Shown: positions 32,328-42,967, counted from the first letter of the whole stretch. The stretch is 61,890 bases of DNA, filler included, from 8 parts of 8 records of this genome joined end to end with filler, not necessarily neighbours in it, one strand, 5' to 3'. Program-made: numbers and translations. Notes: generated from the letters alone by a model not told the origin.

Positions 32328-32353
32328 TGATTATTTTCTCCTAAAACTAATTA

Positions 32354-33103
<750 letters not shown>

Positions 33104-33125
33104 CTAATTTATTATTATTGTTTGG

Positions 33126-34430
33126 TTAAGAGCTTTTTCTTTTTTGACCAATAATCCTTTTTCCTCTTTGTTTTGGCATTTTCTTTTCCTCTTTTTTTGC
33201 TTTATTCTTTCCAAAAGCCCCACTTACTTTCTTTTTTTTCTCAAGTTCTTTTGATTTTAAAATATTTTTTTTCGCAATCATTTTAATCTTTTTATCGACT
33301 GTAAAGCCATCTAATTCCATTCTTGGAACTTTTAATTTTAAAAACCTTTCAATATCTTGCATATTTACCATATCATATTCATCTAAAAGACTTATGGCTA
33401 TTCCACTTTTTCCAGCTCTTGCAGTTCTTCCTATTCGATGAACATAATCAGTAGCTGAAAAAGGCAGATCATAGTTTATTACAAAAAAGAGATCTTCAAT
33501 ATCCAATCCTCTAGCTGCCACATCTGTGGCTACAAGTACATTCACCTTTTGCTCTTTAAAACTGCTAATTGCTTTTTTTCTTGCTCCATGAGTTTTTCCA
33601 CCATGAACAGCTAGCGCTTTTAAACCATCAAGTTTTAGGTGATCTACAAGCTCATCTGCCAAAGCTTTCGTTTTACAAAATACTAAAACCTGTTTCATAT
33701 TCTTTGAACCAATTAAAAAAGAGAGCATCGCCATCTTTTGGATACTCTCTACAGGATAAGAGATCTGTTCAATATTTTCATTCACTTTATCATTTGCTTT
33801 TACTTCTATCACTTTTGGATTATGCAAGATCTCATGGGAGAGTTTTTTCACATGAGATCCTAAAGTAGCAGAACAAAGGATAGTTTGCTGAAGTTTTGGA
33901 CAAGAGTTTATTACTTTAGAAATATCGTTGATAAAACCCATATCAAGCATACTATCTGCTTCATCTAAAACTAATGTGTCTACTTTAGCTAAAGAGATAT
34001 GATTTTGCTCAATTAAATCTATAAGTCGCCCTGAAGTTGCTATCACGATATCTACTTTATTTTGAAGCATCTTGATCTGTGGTTTTATATTTGCTCCTCC
34101 GTAGATACATCCTATTTTTAAATCTAAATATTTAGCATAACTATTAATATCTTTTTCAAGCTGTAAAACCAATTCCCTCGTTGGAGCGATGATCAATTTA
34201 GAAAGAACTATATTATTATCATTTTGTTTTTTATACTCACTGACTTTTTGTAAGATGGGAAGAGCAAATGCAGCAGTCTTTCCAGTTCCTGTTTTTGCGA
34301 TTGCTAAAAGATCACGTCCTCTTAAAAGATGTGGTATTGTTTCTTGTTGAATAAAAGTAGCCGAATCATAGTTCAATTCCTCTAAAGCTTGCAATATTTT
34401 ATTATCTAATCCAAATTGATCAAAATTCAT
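33126..34430 (-). CDS. DEAD-box RNA helicase (RhlE-like) with Lys-rich tail
   Basis: TGTGKT, PTREL, LDEAD, SAT, ARGLD, HRIGRTAR. Confidence 0.95.
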   Translation of the reverse strand: MNFDQFGLDNKILQALEELNYDSATFIQQETIPHLLRGRDLLAIAKTGTGKTAAFALPILQKVSEYKKQNDNNIVLSKLIIAPTRELVLQLEKDINSYAKYLDLKIGCIYGGANIKPQIKMLQNKVDIVIATSGRLIDLIEQNHISLAKVDTLVLDEADSMLDMGFINDISKVINSCPKLQQTILCSATLGSHVKKLSHEILHNPKVIEVKANDKVNENIEQISYPVESIQKMAMLSFLIGSKNMKQVLVFCKTKALADELVDHLKLDGLKALAVHGGKTHGARKKAISSFKEQKVNVLVATDVAARGLDIEDLFFVINYDLPFSATDYVHRIGRTARAGKSGIAISLLDEYDMVNMQDIERFLKLKVPRMELDGFTVDKKIKMIAKKNILKSKELEKKKKVSGAFGKNKAKKEEKKMPKQRGKRIIGQKRKSS

Positions 34431-34559
34431 CTTTTTTAGCCCTTAATTTTACATATTAAAAAATTAATTTAACATATTCGTACTTAACATTCTCCTTTTA
34501 AAGTAAAAATGCTGATTTTTATGGTATGATTCAAAACAAAAAAAATTAGGTTTTTAATT

Positions 34560-35906
34560 ATGAAATTACGCCAAAGCCCATTTTTACGACTTATTTACAT
34601 ACTCTTACTCTCTTCTAGTTTATGTGGAAATAATATTTTTAATAATACCTCAGATCCTATTAAACCAGATGATTCTCTCTATTATAAAAATGCTATTTAT
34701 AACTTTAAAGAGCAACACTATGAAATTTCATTAGAGATGTTTAATACATTGAAAAATATCTATCCAAACAATGAGAATATTCTTTTTTATTATGGAAGAA
34801 CAGCTTTTGAGCTTGAAAAATATGATCAATCCTTAAAAAATTTTCAACAGATCCTTGAAAAGAATAATAAACATCATAGAGCACGTTTAGAATATGCTAG
34901 AACACTTTATATGCTTAAAGAGTTTCAAAAAGCACAACGTGAATTTCAAATAGTATTAGCAGATAAAGATACACCGCAAAATGTAAAAAATAATATAAAT
35001 AAATTTTTAAACTCAATCAAAGAGCAATCAAAAAAAGTGATCACTAATACTATAGTAATGCTTGGTTTTGGATGGAGTGATAATATTGATAATAACCCTT
35101 ATGAAGACCTTATCTATATTTATGATTTTCCAGTTTCTAATGATACTGATAAGAAAAAAGACTTTAATGCGAACCTTACATTGATTGAAAATATCATTGT
35201 TCCTACATCAAAAGATAAAAAACACAATATTGAGACATCTATTTTATTATATACACAAAAACAAAAACAGCATAATGAAAATGATATGAATTATTTTACT
35301 ATCCTCTCAGGATATAGTTATACAGGAAAAAATTTTAAAGAATATTTTTCTCTACTTTATGATCATGCATGGTTTGGAGGAGATCCTTTACTTCAATCGT
35401 ATGGATTTCAAAATGATTTTATCTATAATATATTTAGTGATCATATCTTATCAACTAAGATCCAATATAAAAAGAAACATTTTTTTGATGATAAAGCAAA
35501 AGATCATATCTATAAACAATTCACACTCTCATATAAAGTACCAACAAGCCAACAAGACTATCTGCAATTAAATGCTGAATTTGCAAATCAAAAAAAAGAT
35601 GACGGAGAGAGAGTAGATATATCAAAAGATATTCGCTCTTACCAAATCTCTTATAATAAAAATATTTATACTTCCTATGATATGTTATTCTCTTATCTTT
35701 ATGAAAAAAATCAATACAAAGAGCAAAGTTTCGATCTTCCTAAACGTCATGATACAGAACAAAACTATGGCATTAAGTTGTCAAAAAAACTTAATCATAC
35801 TGATATGATATTTACAGAGATAAATTATGCAGATATTAAATCAAATATCAATACCTATAGTTATAGAAAAAACTCTCTTTCTTTATACTATAAAATGTTA
35901 TTTTAA
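34560..35906 (+). CDS. Slam/DUF560-like outer-membrane protein (TPR + beta-barrel), type XI secretion translocon candidate
   Basis: Signal peptide, TPRs with RARLEYAR..F..VL, PQNVKNNI..FL, G(W)SDNI.N barrel start, alternating aromatic strands, terminal Phe. Confidence 0.75.
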   Translation: MKLRQSPFLRLIYILLLSSSLCGNNIFNNTSDPIKPDDSLYYKNAIYNFKEQHYEISLEMFNTLKNIYPNNENILFYYGRTAFELEKYDQSLKNFQQILEKNNKHHRARLEYARTLYMLKEFQKAQREFQIVLADKDTPQNVKNNINKFLNSIKEQSKKVITNTIVMLGFGWSDNIDNNPYEDLIYIYDFPVSNDTDKKKDFNANLTLIENIIVPTSKDKKHNIETSILLYTQKQKQHNENDMNYFTILSGYSYTGKNFKEYFSLLYDHAWFGGDPLLQSYGFQNDFIYNIFSDHILSTKIQYKKKHFFDDKAKDHIYKQFTLSYKVPTSQQDYLQLNAEFANQKKDDGERVDISKDIRSYQISYNKNIYTSYDMLFSYLYEKNQYKEQSFDLPKRHDTEQNYGIKLSKKLNHTDMIFTEINYADIKSNINTYSYRKNSLSLYYKMLF

Positions 35907-35918
35907 TAAAGGACTATT

Positions 35919-38900
35919 ATGAAAGTTATCATTTTATTATGTAGTTTATTTCTAGCACTTCAGGCAAATATAGGAAAAATCACAACTATTCAAGGGGAAG
36001 TGAAAATCTTAAGAGACTCTAAAAGTTTGCAAGGAAAACCTTCATTTGTCTTAGAAAACAAAGATGTTGTTAATACTGGAAATAATAGCCGTACCCAATT
36101 ACTTTTTAATGATGAAACACTTATCTCCTTAGGGGAAAACTCTACTTTTAGTATTGAAGAGTATTTAGTTGATGATACCAAACCAAATGATTCAGAGATG
36201 TCTTTAGAAATCTCAAAAGGGATTTTAAAAGCGATTACAGGAAAAATAGGAAAGATCAATCCTAATAAATTTAAATTAAAAACTCGTTCAGCAACAATTG
36301 GTATTAGAGGGACTATATTCTTTGTGCAGATCATGGAAGATGGTTCAGAGTATTTAGTATGTAAAAAAGGTGCTATTATTGTAGAATCGCCTCAAGGAAT
36401 CACCTATATACCAGAAGGGTTTTATGTTCTGATCCAAACAGATGGAAATGTGGGAGTACCTCAACCTTTTACAGAACAAGAACTTAAACGTATTGAGAAT
36501 GAAACTGGAAATATTGAGAGTAAAGAGTATGTCACAGTAGATGATGAGAAATATACCCCAATTATAAAAACAGATACTCCTCCAACTAATGGTCCAGAAG
36601 GTGGTGTACCTAAGTATTCATATCAAGGTGCTAGTGAAGAGTTTATCAATCATATGAATAAAGGAGCTGAAGAGGTCACAGAAGAAGGGAATAAACCAGT
36701 TGTAATAGTTCTAGCTCCCAATATAGATCAAATTACAGAAAATACTGCATACGATGGTATGGTTATAGCTACTTTTGACTCAGATGAAGATAGTAGCAAT
36801 TTAACTCTCAGCGATAATATAAACTATAAGATCGTTGGAAATGAGATTCAACTCACCCAAGCTGGAGCTGATCTCGTAAATGATGGAAATACTCTACCAC
36901 CATTTAGTATTTATGCAAAAGAAGCCACTTCAAATACTATAACGCTACCAACTATTACTGTAGATGATCCTGCAACTATTGTTGTAACTACTACTGTACA
37001 AAACTTAACAGAAGATAGTATCAGCGCAGGAGTTACTATTGCAACAATAGATGCCCATGATGAAGATAGTGATCTTATTTTAACGCTGAGTGATACCCAA
37101 AACTATGTTATTGTTGGGAATGCGGTTCAACTTACACAAGCTGGTGCTGATATTGTAAATAGTGGGAATGATCTTCCATCTTTTAGTGTTGATGCAAATG
37201 GAGTTACATCAAATATGATTACTATATCGACTATCCAAGTAGATGATCCTGCAATAATCACTATTAGCCCTTTATCAGAAGAAATAACAGAAAACAATGT
37301 TTTTGCAGGAATGGTTGTAGCTACAATTGATGCATATGACGAAGATGATGATATTACTGTAAGTATAAGTGATACAGTAAATTATACCCTCGTTGAATAT
37401 TCAGAACAAGCTACACAACAAGGAAAAATTCTAAGAGCTGGAGGGAAAAGACTTATTCAAGTCCAACTAACACAAGCTGGTGCTGATTATGTAAATGCTG
37501 GAAATGACCTTCCACCTTTTACCGTAAGTGTAAATGGAGTCACATCAGATGAATTTACTTTACCTGCAACAGTTGAAGTAAATGATCCTCCAACTATCGT
37601 TTTAACCCCTATTTTAACTCAAATTACTCAAAGAAGTGCAACAGCTGGTACTGTTATTGCTACTATTGATGCATATGATGAAGAAGGTGATACTATTGTA
37701 TTAACCTTAAGTGATACGGTCAATTATATAATTGTTGATAATGAAGTTCAATTAACACAAGCTGGTGCTGATCTTATCAATGAAGGAGATACATTACCTC
37801 CATTTACTGTAACTGCAAATGGAATTATTTCCAATGAAATTGCTCTAACAACTATTTTATTTAACAGTCCAGCAACAATAGTTTTAACTTCTACATTAAC
37901 TCAAATTGTAGAGGGGAGTGCAACAGCTGGTACTGTTGTAGCTACTATTGATGCACATGATGAAGATGATGCTCTTATTTATACTTTAAGTGATACAGTC
38001 AATTATGTAATTGTTGGTAATCAAGTTCAATTAACACAAGCTGGAGCCGACCTTGTAAACTCAGGAGCTGATCTTCCGAACTTTACAGTTGATGCCAATG
38101 GGGTTACTTCTAATGAGATTGATCCAGTGAATACCACTCCAGCTCCAACTGTTAATCCTGCACCGCAAACAAGTACAAAAACAGCAACTTTTAATGTACT
38201 TAGTTCTGCTAGAAGAGAGCCAGAAACTGGAGCAAATAATATTGATTTTATAGGCTCTAATTCAATTTATAAAACAATGGCTAATCAAGCAGATACAGTT
38301 AGTATAAATAATGGTACATTAAATGGCAGTTTCACTCTCAATGATTTTGATAAAAAGGAATCTCCTTCTGATTATGATGGTGATTCAGATACAACTACCA
38401 TAATCACAATGCCCCAACCTACTCTGCCTGAACAAACAACTAATTATTCATCTTTTAGTTCTAAAACTATAGATAGTAATACAACTCTTTTCTATGATGA
38501 TATGCAAGAGTTTTTTATACTTGAGAATAGTTTTTTAGAATCTGTAAGCGATCCTGATGACTATAAATATATAGAAACAACAATCTTTGGTACAAAACCA
38601 AGTGATTTAAGTGGACTTAGTGGGCTTGACTTACCTCCAATACTCAAATATAAACTTCCTAATGCTACGGAAAACTCATTTAGTGAATATGGAACAGATA
38701 CTCATACCTATATAAATAGAAATAACTTTATGGGAACTTCCTATACAATGGATGATAATAAAATATCTATTGAGATACTACAACTTAATAGTGCATCTAA
38801 TACTATTAATGGAAGGCAATATGCAACTACTTTTGATTATGATGAATATATAGAAGGGGAAAACTTTAGTGGTGCTTTATTTGGCTCAAAATACCAAGGA

Positions 38901-39806
38901 ATTGGGACTCTTAATAAAGTCAGCGATAATCATGAAGATGGAGGAGGATATTCAGATCCATATTCTATAGTGTATACAACAGGGAAATATCGAGATATAA
39001 ATTATTTTCAATCACCTCAAACAACTTCTACTTCCACATTTAGAGGTTTAACTTATGAAAATGGAACAAAAGAAATTGAACTAACTATTGATAGTTCAAC
39101 TGGAATTACAGGAAAAATTGGAACGGATCTTACTAATGGCCTTTATTCTATTTCACTAGGTGGTGATTTTTCAGATTACGATAGTGCGTACATACATGAT
39201 GATTTATTTTCAATATTGAATATCACAGGTACAACATCAGGAAATACAATTAATAAAGGGTGGCTAATTGCACTTAACAGTGGTTCTCTTAGTAGTGATG
39301 GTTCATTAGTTAATGATGGAAGCGATGATCATATTAGTTGGGGATATTGGGGTGCTGATGCTGGTGATATAGTATATAATATTGAAAGGGAAGCATGGGT
39401 TGCTACAAATTTAACAAAAGATGATATATCAAGTTGGGGTGATTTAGGTGACACAACACATAATAAGACCTATATTGGTCCGATGATGGGTATAGTTACC
39501 GAGTCAGGTACTGATAACTTTATAGATCCTGCTACTTCAAAACTCACACTAACTTTTGACTTTGTTAATGACTTTACTACAACTTCTGTACAAATAAATG
39601 GTACAGCATTCGATATAAGTGATAGTCCGGTTACAATACTAGATCAAAATACTAATAATTACACAGCAAGAGATAGTAGTTCTAGAAATCAAATCATTGG
39701 TGAATTTTATAATTCAGGTGATATATCCATAGGAAGATTTGATTTAAAAGAAAAAACCACAAATAATCCAGCAAAAGGTGTATTTAAAATAAAAAAACAA
39801 CCATAA
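35919..39806 (+). CDS. Large secreted protein: FecR domain, five cadherin-like repeats, TbpB-like C-terminal barrel region
   Basis: Cleavable signal (ALQA); FecR motifs IGKI..GEV, D.VNTG..SR.QL.F.D.T..SLGENS, T.SATIGIRGT; five repeats; C-terminal Y.G...LTFDF..GEFY..IGRF..KGVF. Confidence 0.8.
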   Translation: MKVIILLCSLFLALQANIGKITTIQGEVKILRDSKSLQGKPSFVLENKDVVNTGNNSRTQLLFNDETLISLGENSTFSIEEYLVDDTKPNDSEMSLEISKGILKAITGKIGKINPNKFKLKTRSATIGIRGTIFFVQIMEDGSEYLVCKKGAIIVESPQGITYIPEGFYVLIQTDGNVGVPQPFTEQELKRIENETGNIESKEYVTVDDEKYTPIIKTDTPPTNGPEGGVPKYSYQGASEEFINHMNKGAEEVTEEGNKPVVIVLAPNIDQITENTAYDGMVIATFDSDEDSSNLTLSDNINYKIVGNEIQLTQAGADLVNDGNTLPPFSIYAKEATSNTITLPTITVDDPATIVVTTTVQNLTEDSISAGVTIATIDAHDEDSDLILTLSDTQNYVIVGNAVQLTQAGADIVNSGNDLPSFSVDANGVTSNMITISTIQVDDPAIITISPLSEEITENNVFAGMVVATIDAYDEDDDITVSISDTVNYTLVEYSEQATQQGKILRAGGKRLIQVQLTQAGADYVNAGNDLPPFTVSVNGVTSDEFTLPATVEVNDPPTIVLTPILTQITQRSATAGTVIATIDAYDEEGDTIVLTLSDTVNYIIVDNEVQLTQAGADLINEGDTLPPFTVTANGIISNEIALTTILFNSPATIVLTSTLTQIVEGSATAGTVVATIDAHDEDDALIYTLSDTVNYVIVGNQVQLTQAGADLVNSGADLPNFTVDANGVTSNEIDPVNTTPAPTVNPAPQTSTKTATFNVLSSARREPETGANNIDFIGSNSIYKTMANQADTVSINNGTLNGSFTLNDFDKKESPSDYDGDSDTTTIITMPQPTLPEQTTNYSSFSSKTIDSNTTLFYDDMQEFFILENSFLESVSDPDDYKYIETTIFGTKPSDLSGLSGLDLPPILKYKLPNATENSFSEYGTDTHTYINRNNFMGTSYTMDDNKISIEILQLNSASNTINGRQYATTFDYDEYIEGENFSGALFGSKYQGIGTLNKVSDNHEDGGGYSDPYSIVYTTGKYRDINYFQSPQTTSTSTFRGLTYENGTKEIELTIDSSTGITGKIGTDLTNGLYSISLGGDFSDYDSAYIHDDLFSILNITGTTSGNTINKGWLIALNSGSLSSDGSLVNDGSDDHISWGYWGADAGDIVYNIEREAWVATNLTKDDISSWGDLGDTTHNKTYIGPMMGIVTESGTDNFIDPATSKLTLTFDFVNDFTTTSVQINGTAFDISDSPVTILDQNTNNYTARDSSSRNQIIGEFYNSGDISIGRFDLKEKTTNNPAKGVFKIKKQP
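36696..38135 (+). repeat. Five tandem repeats of about 90-95 aa (third is longer) inside the FecR protein
   Basis: Consensus PATI..ITE..AG.V.ATIDA.DED..LTLSDT.NY.IVGN.VQLTQAGAD.VN.G.DLP.F.V.ANGVTSN; DNA ACACAAGCTGG recurs. Confidence 0.9.
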
Positions 39807-39837
39807 TAATTAAAACTTAAAAAAAGTTTTAATTATT
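39805..39837. terminator. Perfect 14-bp AT-rich inverted repeat (terminator or operator)
   Basis: AATAATTAAAACTT-AAAAA-AAGTTTTAATTATT at the FecR gene stop, just upstream of a TACAAT -10 (39844-39849). Confidence 0.5.
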
Positions 39838-39891
39838 TTTAGATACAATCCAAATAATTATAAAATAAACACTAAAACAAGGAGGTAGATT

Positions 39892-39969
39892 ATGAAAGCT
39901 ACATTCATTACAAAAAATACTATATTTAAAAGTACTAATCTACTTCTGCTATTCTTACTCTCAAAATAA
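39892..39969 (+). CDS. Leucine-rich leader peptide of leuA (25 aa, absent from ORF track)
   Basis: MKATFITKNTIFKSTNLLLLFLLSK*; RBS AAGGAGGT; codons CTA CTT CTG CTA TTC TTA CTC; ends 79 nt before the leuA ATG. Confidence 0.8.
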   Translation: MKATFITKNTIFKSTNLLLLFLLSK

Positions 39970-40048
39970 TTTTCAAAATTTTTTACGAATTTTTGTTGAA
40001 TGAAACATTCTAATCAATATTAAAGATACATATATTTAAGGTAATACA

Positions 40049-41602
40049 ATGGATAAAAATAAAATAATCATATTTGATACAACATTAAGAGATGGTGAAC
40101 AATCACCTGGTGCTTCTATGAATACAGCAGAAAAGATTCAAATTGCAAAACAATTAGAACATTTAAATGTAGATGTAATAGAAGCTGGATTTGCAGCTGC
40201 AAGTCCAGGGGACTTTGATGCAATTTCACAAATTGCTAAAACAATTACTAAAAGTAAAATCTGTTCTTTAGCAAGAGCTGTGGATAATGATATTAAAGCT
40301 GCTGGTGAAGCGATAGCACATGCGAAAATGAAAAGGATTCATACTTTTATAGCAACAAGTCCTATTCATATGCAATACAAATTAAAAATGACTCCTGATG
40401 AAGTGATTAAACGGGCAATAAAAGCAGTAGAATATGCTAGAACATTTGTAGATGATGTGGAGTTTTCTTTAGAGGATGCAGGAAGAAGTGAGATCTCATT
40501 TATGAAAGAGATCACTGAAGCTGTTATAAATGCAGGGGCTACAACGATCAATTTACCTGATACTGTAGGGTATAGATTACCAAGTGAAATCTCACATATG
40601 GTAAAACAGATGGTTGATTTTGTGGGAGATAAAGCGATTATTTCATTACATAATCATAATGACTTAGGATTAGGGGTAGCAAACACTTTAGCTGGAATTC
40701 AAGCAGGGGCACGACAAGTTGAGTGTACCATTAATGGTTTAGGTGAGAGAGCTGGAAATGCTGCAATGGAAGAGATTGTAATGACTTTAAAAACACGTAA
40801 AGATATCTTTGGAGATTTATACACAGATATAAATACAAAAGAGATCATAACTGCTTCAAAAATGGTAGCAAATATTACAGGTATTGAACCTCAACCAAAT
40901 AAAGCCATTGTTGGGAAAAATGCTTTTGCTCACGAAAGTGGTATTCATCAAGATGGTGTTTTAAAACATCAAGAGACTTATGAAATTATGAAACCTGAAG
41001 ATATAGGAATTGAGAAAAACAACTCTATTGTTTTAGGGAAACACTCAGGTCGAGCTGCATTTAAAGATAAATTAAAGCAGTTAGGTTTTGGAGACATTGT
41101 TAATGATGAATTAAATACAGCGTTTGAGCGATTTAAAATGTTATGTGATAAGAAAAAAGAGATCGCAGATGATGATATTAGAATGTTAATTGCAGATGAA
41201 CAATTAAATCATAATAAAACGTATGAGATCGTAGCTGTACAGATTTCAGATTGCTCAAATGGAGTACCCAGCGCAGTAGTTCAGATCAAATATAAAGATG
41301 AAGTAATCACTGATGCAGCAATTGGAAATGGGACAATGGATGCTATTTTTAAAACCATTGATCGAATCACAGGATATGAGGGAACTTTAATTGACTATAA
41401 TGTAAAAGCGGTAACTGAGGGAAAAGATGCTTTAGGAAAAGTTACTGCAAAGGTGACTTTTAATGATGATAATCCTCCTATGATCGGACATGGATTAAGT
41501 GTAGACACTATGGTAGCAAGTGCAAGAGCTTATATAGGAGCTTTAAACAGCTACTTATCAATGAAAGATATGTTACGAAAAACAAAGCAACATCAGGTAT
41601 AA
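40049..41602 (+). CDS. leuA: 2-isopropylmalate synthase
   Basis: [42 protein letters not shown]-terminal regulatory domain. Confidence 0.97.
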   Translation: MDKNKIIIFDTTLRDGEQSPGASMNTAEKIQIAKQLEHLNVDVIEAGFAAASPGDFDAISQIAKTITKSKICSLARAVDNDIKAAGEAIAHAKMKRIHTFIATSPIHMQYKLKMTPDEVIKRAIKAVEYARTFVDDVEFSLEDAGRSEISFMKEITEAVINAGATTINLPDTVGYRLPSEISHMVKQMVDFVGDKAIISLHNHNDLGLGVANTLAGIQAGARQVECTINGLGERAGNAAMEEIVMTLKTRKDIFGDLYTDINTKEIITASKMVANITGIEPQPNKAIVGKNAFAHESGIHQDGVLKHQETYEIMKPEDIGIEKNNSIVLGKHSGRAAFKDKLKQLGFGDIVNDELNTAFERFKMLCDKKKEIADDDIRMLIADEQLNHNKTYEIVAVQISDCSNGVPSAVVQIKYKDEVITDAAIGNGTMDAIFKTIDRITGYEGTLIDYNVKAVTEGKDALGKVTAKVTFNDDNPPMIGHGLSVDTMVASARAYIGALNSYLSMKDMLRKTKQHQV

Positions 41603-41624
41603 TTTATTCAAAAAAAGGATTATT

Positions 41625-41768
41625 ATGAAAAAAACTTTTATGACTTATTTTTTACTGCTTCTAACACTTGGTATTTTTTCTGGATGTGCCACTTGGGATG
41701 GTCTGAAAAAAGATACAAATGAAGCATATGATGCAACAAAAGACGCTATTCACGAAGCTACAGAATAG
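41625..41768 (+). CDS. Entericidin EcnA/B-like small lipoprotein (47 aa, absent from ORF track)
   Basis: MKKTFMTYFLLLLTLGIFSGCATWDGLKKDTNEAYDATKDAIHEATE*; AAGGA RBS; lipobox FSGC then ATW.G.K.D. Confidence 0.8.
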   Translation: MKKTFMTYFLLLLTLGIFSGCATWDGLKKDTNEAYDATKDAIHEATE

Positions 41769-41834
41769 TGATACAAAGGTTTAATTTGGATACCAAATTA
41801 TTAAATTTCTTCTATCCGATTAAACCTTTTTAAT

Positions 41835-41965
41835 ATGAAAAACCTTATAATTAGTTTTGCTTATTTTTTAGAATCTAGCCATAGATACTATACAGTAAAA
41901 CATATCACCTACCAATTTTTAGAAGATATCTCTTTTAAATATAAAAAATATTTTGACTTTTTTAT
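41835..41965 (+). CDS. N-terminal fragment, probable ion transporter/potassium channel
   Basis: AYFLE.S..Y...K..YQFLED...KYKKYFDFF resembles the start of campylobacterial ion-channel proteins; truncated by the linker. Confidence 0.45.
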
Positions 41966-42065
41966 NNNNNNNNNNNNNNNNNNNNNNNNNNNNNNNNNNN
42001 NNNNNNNNNTTAATTAATTAANNNNNNNNNNNNNNNNNNNNNNNNNNNNNNNNNNNNNNNNNNNN
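41966..42065. other. Artificial contig linker
   Basis: N44-TTAATTAATTAA-N44. Confidence 0.99.
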
Positions 42066-42728
42066 TATCAAATTTATTTGGCTCCGGAAAGTGAAAAAAT
42101 GGTGATTGAAGCATTGAAAGACAAACCATTTAGCTCACAGCCAGGAACAGAATCAAAATACAACGCCACCGGATTTTTACTGGTTCGTATCATTATTGAA
42201 AAACTGGCAAAACAGGATTTTGAATCTTATATGCAAGAGCAATTTTTTGATAATTATGGATTAAATTCTGCTGAATATGGCGGATTTAAAAAGGTTATTC
42301 CCAATCGGGTGACATGCTACCAATATATAGATGGTAATTTAGAAATGTTCCCATTAAATTATTCACCTCCTTTGTATGCAGGTGCTGGCTTGAATATCTC
42401 TATAATCGATTTAGTAAAATGGTTTCAGATACTTCAACATGAAAGAATAGTACCCCAGGAACAGCTTGAAAAAATCTGGACGCCAATCAAACTAAACGAC
42501 GGAAAAGATGGAAGTTTTGGGTTAGGCTGGGAGTCATATATCCTTCAAGGTGGATATAGAATGGTCGGTCACGGTGGAGCAGGAATCTCATCCTTTAGAC
42601 ATTATTGGAATGAAACAGAAAATCAAAATGTCACAGTAGTCTTGCTGACCAATGGAGCCCTTAATTGGAAGATAAGACCAAATCAAATAAACTCAGTCAT
42701 TGCAAATTTAATAATTGAAAATGAATAA
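42066..42728 (+). CDS. Beta-lactamase-fold serine hydrolase, 5'-truncated
   Basis: PGTESKYN, AGAGL, FGLGW, VGHGGAG, VVLLTN. Confidence 0.85.
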   Translation, partial: YQIYLAPESEKMVIEALKDKPFSSQPGTESKYNATGFLLVRIIIEKLAKQDFESYMQEQFFDNYGLNSAEYGGFKKVIPNRVTCYQYIDGNLEMFPLNYSPPLYAGAGLNISIIDLVKWFQILQHERIVPQEQLEKIWTPIKLNDGKDGSFGLGWESYILQGGYRMVGHGGAGISSFRHYWNETENQNVTVVLLTNGALNWKIRPNQINSVIANLIIENE

Positions 42729-42845
42729 TATTTTATCTACTCCAGAAGATATAATAACCCTGAAAAGAAAGGCTGGGCAGGTGTTGAAAAAGGAGAGGTT
42801 TATTGGGTAAAAGCTGATGTACTCTTCAATACAAAAACAGAATAA
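42729..42845 (+). pseudogene. C-terminal remnant of a PD40/TolB-like propeller gene
   Basis: YFIYSRR..GEVYWVKADVL* has no start codon and resembles the tail KYLFFSR..DIYWVDARII of the 44499 protein. Confidence 0.55.
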
Positions 42846-42885
42846 AACATTAACAGGTTCCTGGTTGAAAGTGCTGAAGAACAAG

Positions 42886-42957
42886 CAAAGTGTCTTTAGT
42901 CGTGCCTTCAAAAACTGGACAAGCCATTCTCCTGCCGAATTTCGCAAAATCCAATAA
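42886..42957 (+). pseudogene. C-terminal remnant of an AraC-family regulator
   Basis: QSVFSRAFKNWTSHSPAEFRKIQ* matches the AraC second-HTH consensus S.FSRAFK.WTG.SP.E(Y/F)R; the rest of the gene is absent. Confidence 0.75.
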
Positions 42958-42967
42958 TAATACCTCC

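Noticed and set aside
35919-36500. Classical FecIRA iron-signalling anti-sigma factor
   Set aside because: No inner-membrane anchor after the signal peptide and no ECF sigma or TonB-dependent receptor nearby.
36696-38135. DNA repeats as a CRISPR array or RTX toxin repeats
   Set aside because: They are in-frame degenerate protein repeats; no constant repeat-spacer pattern and no GGXGXD nonapeptides.
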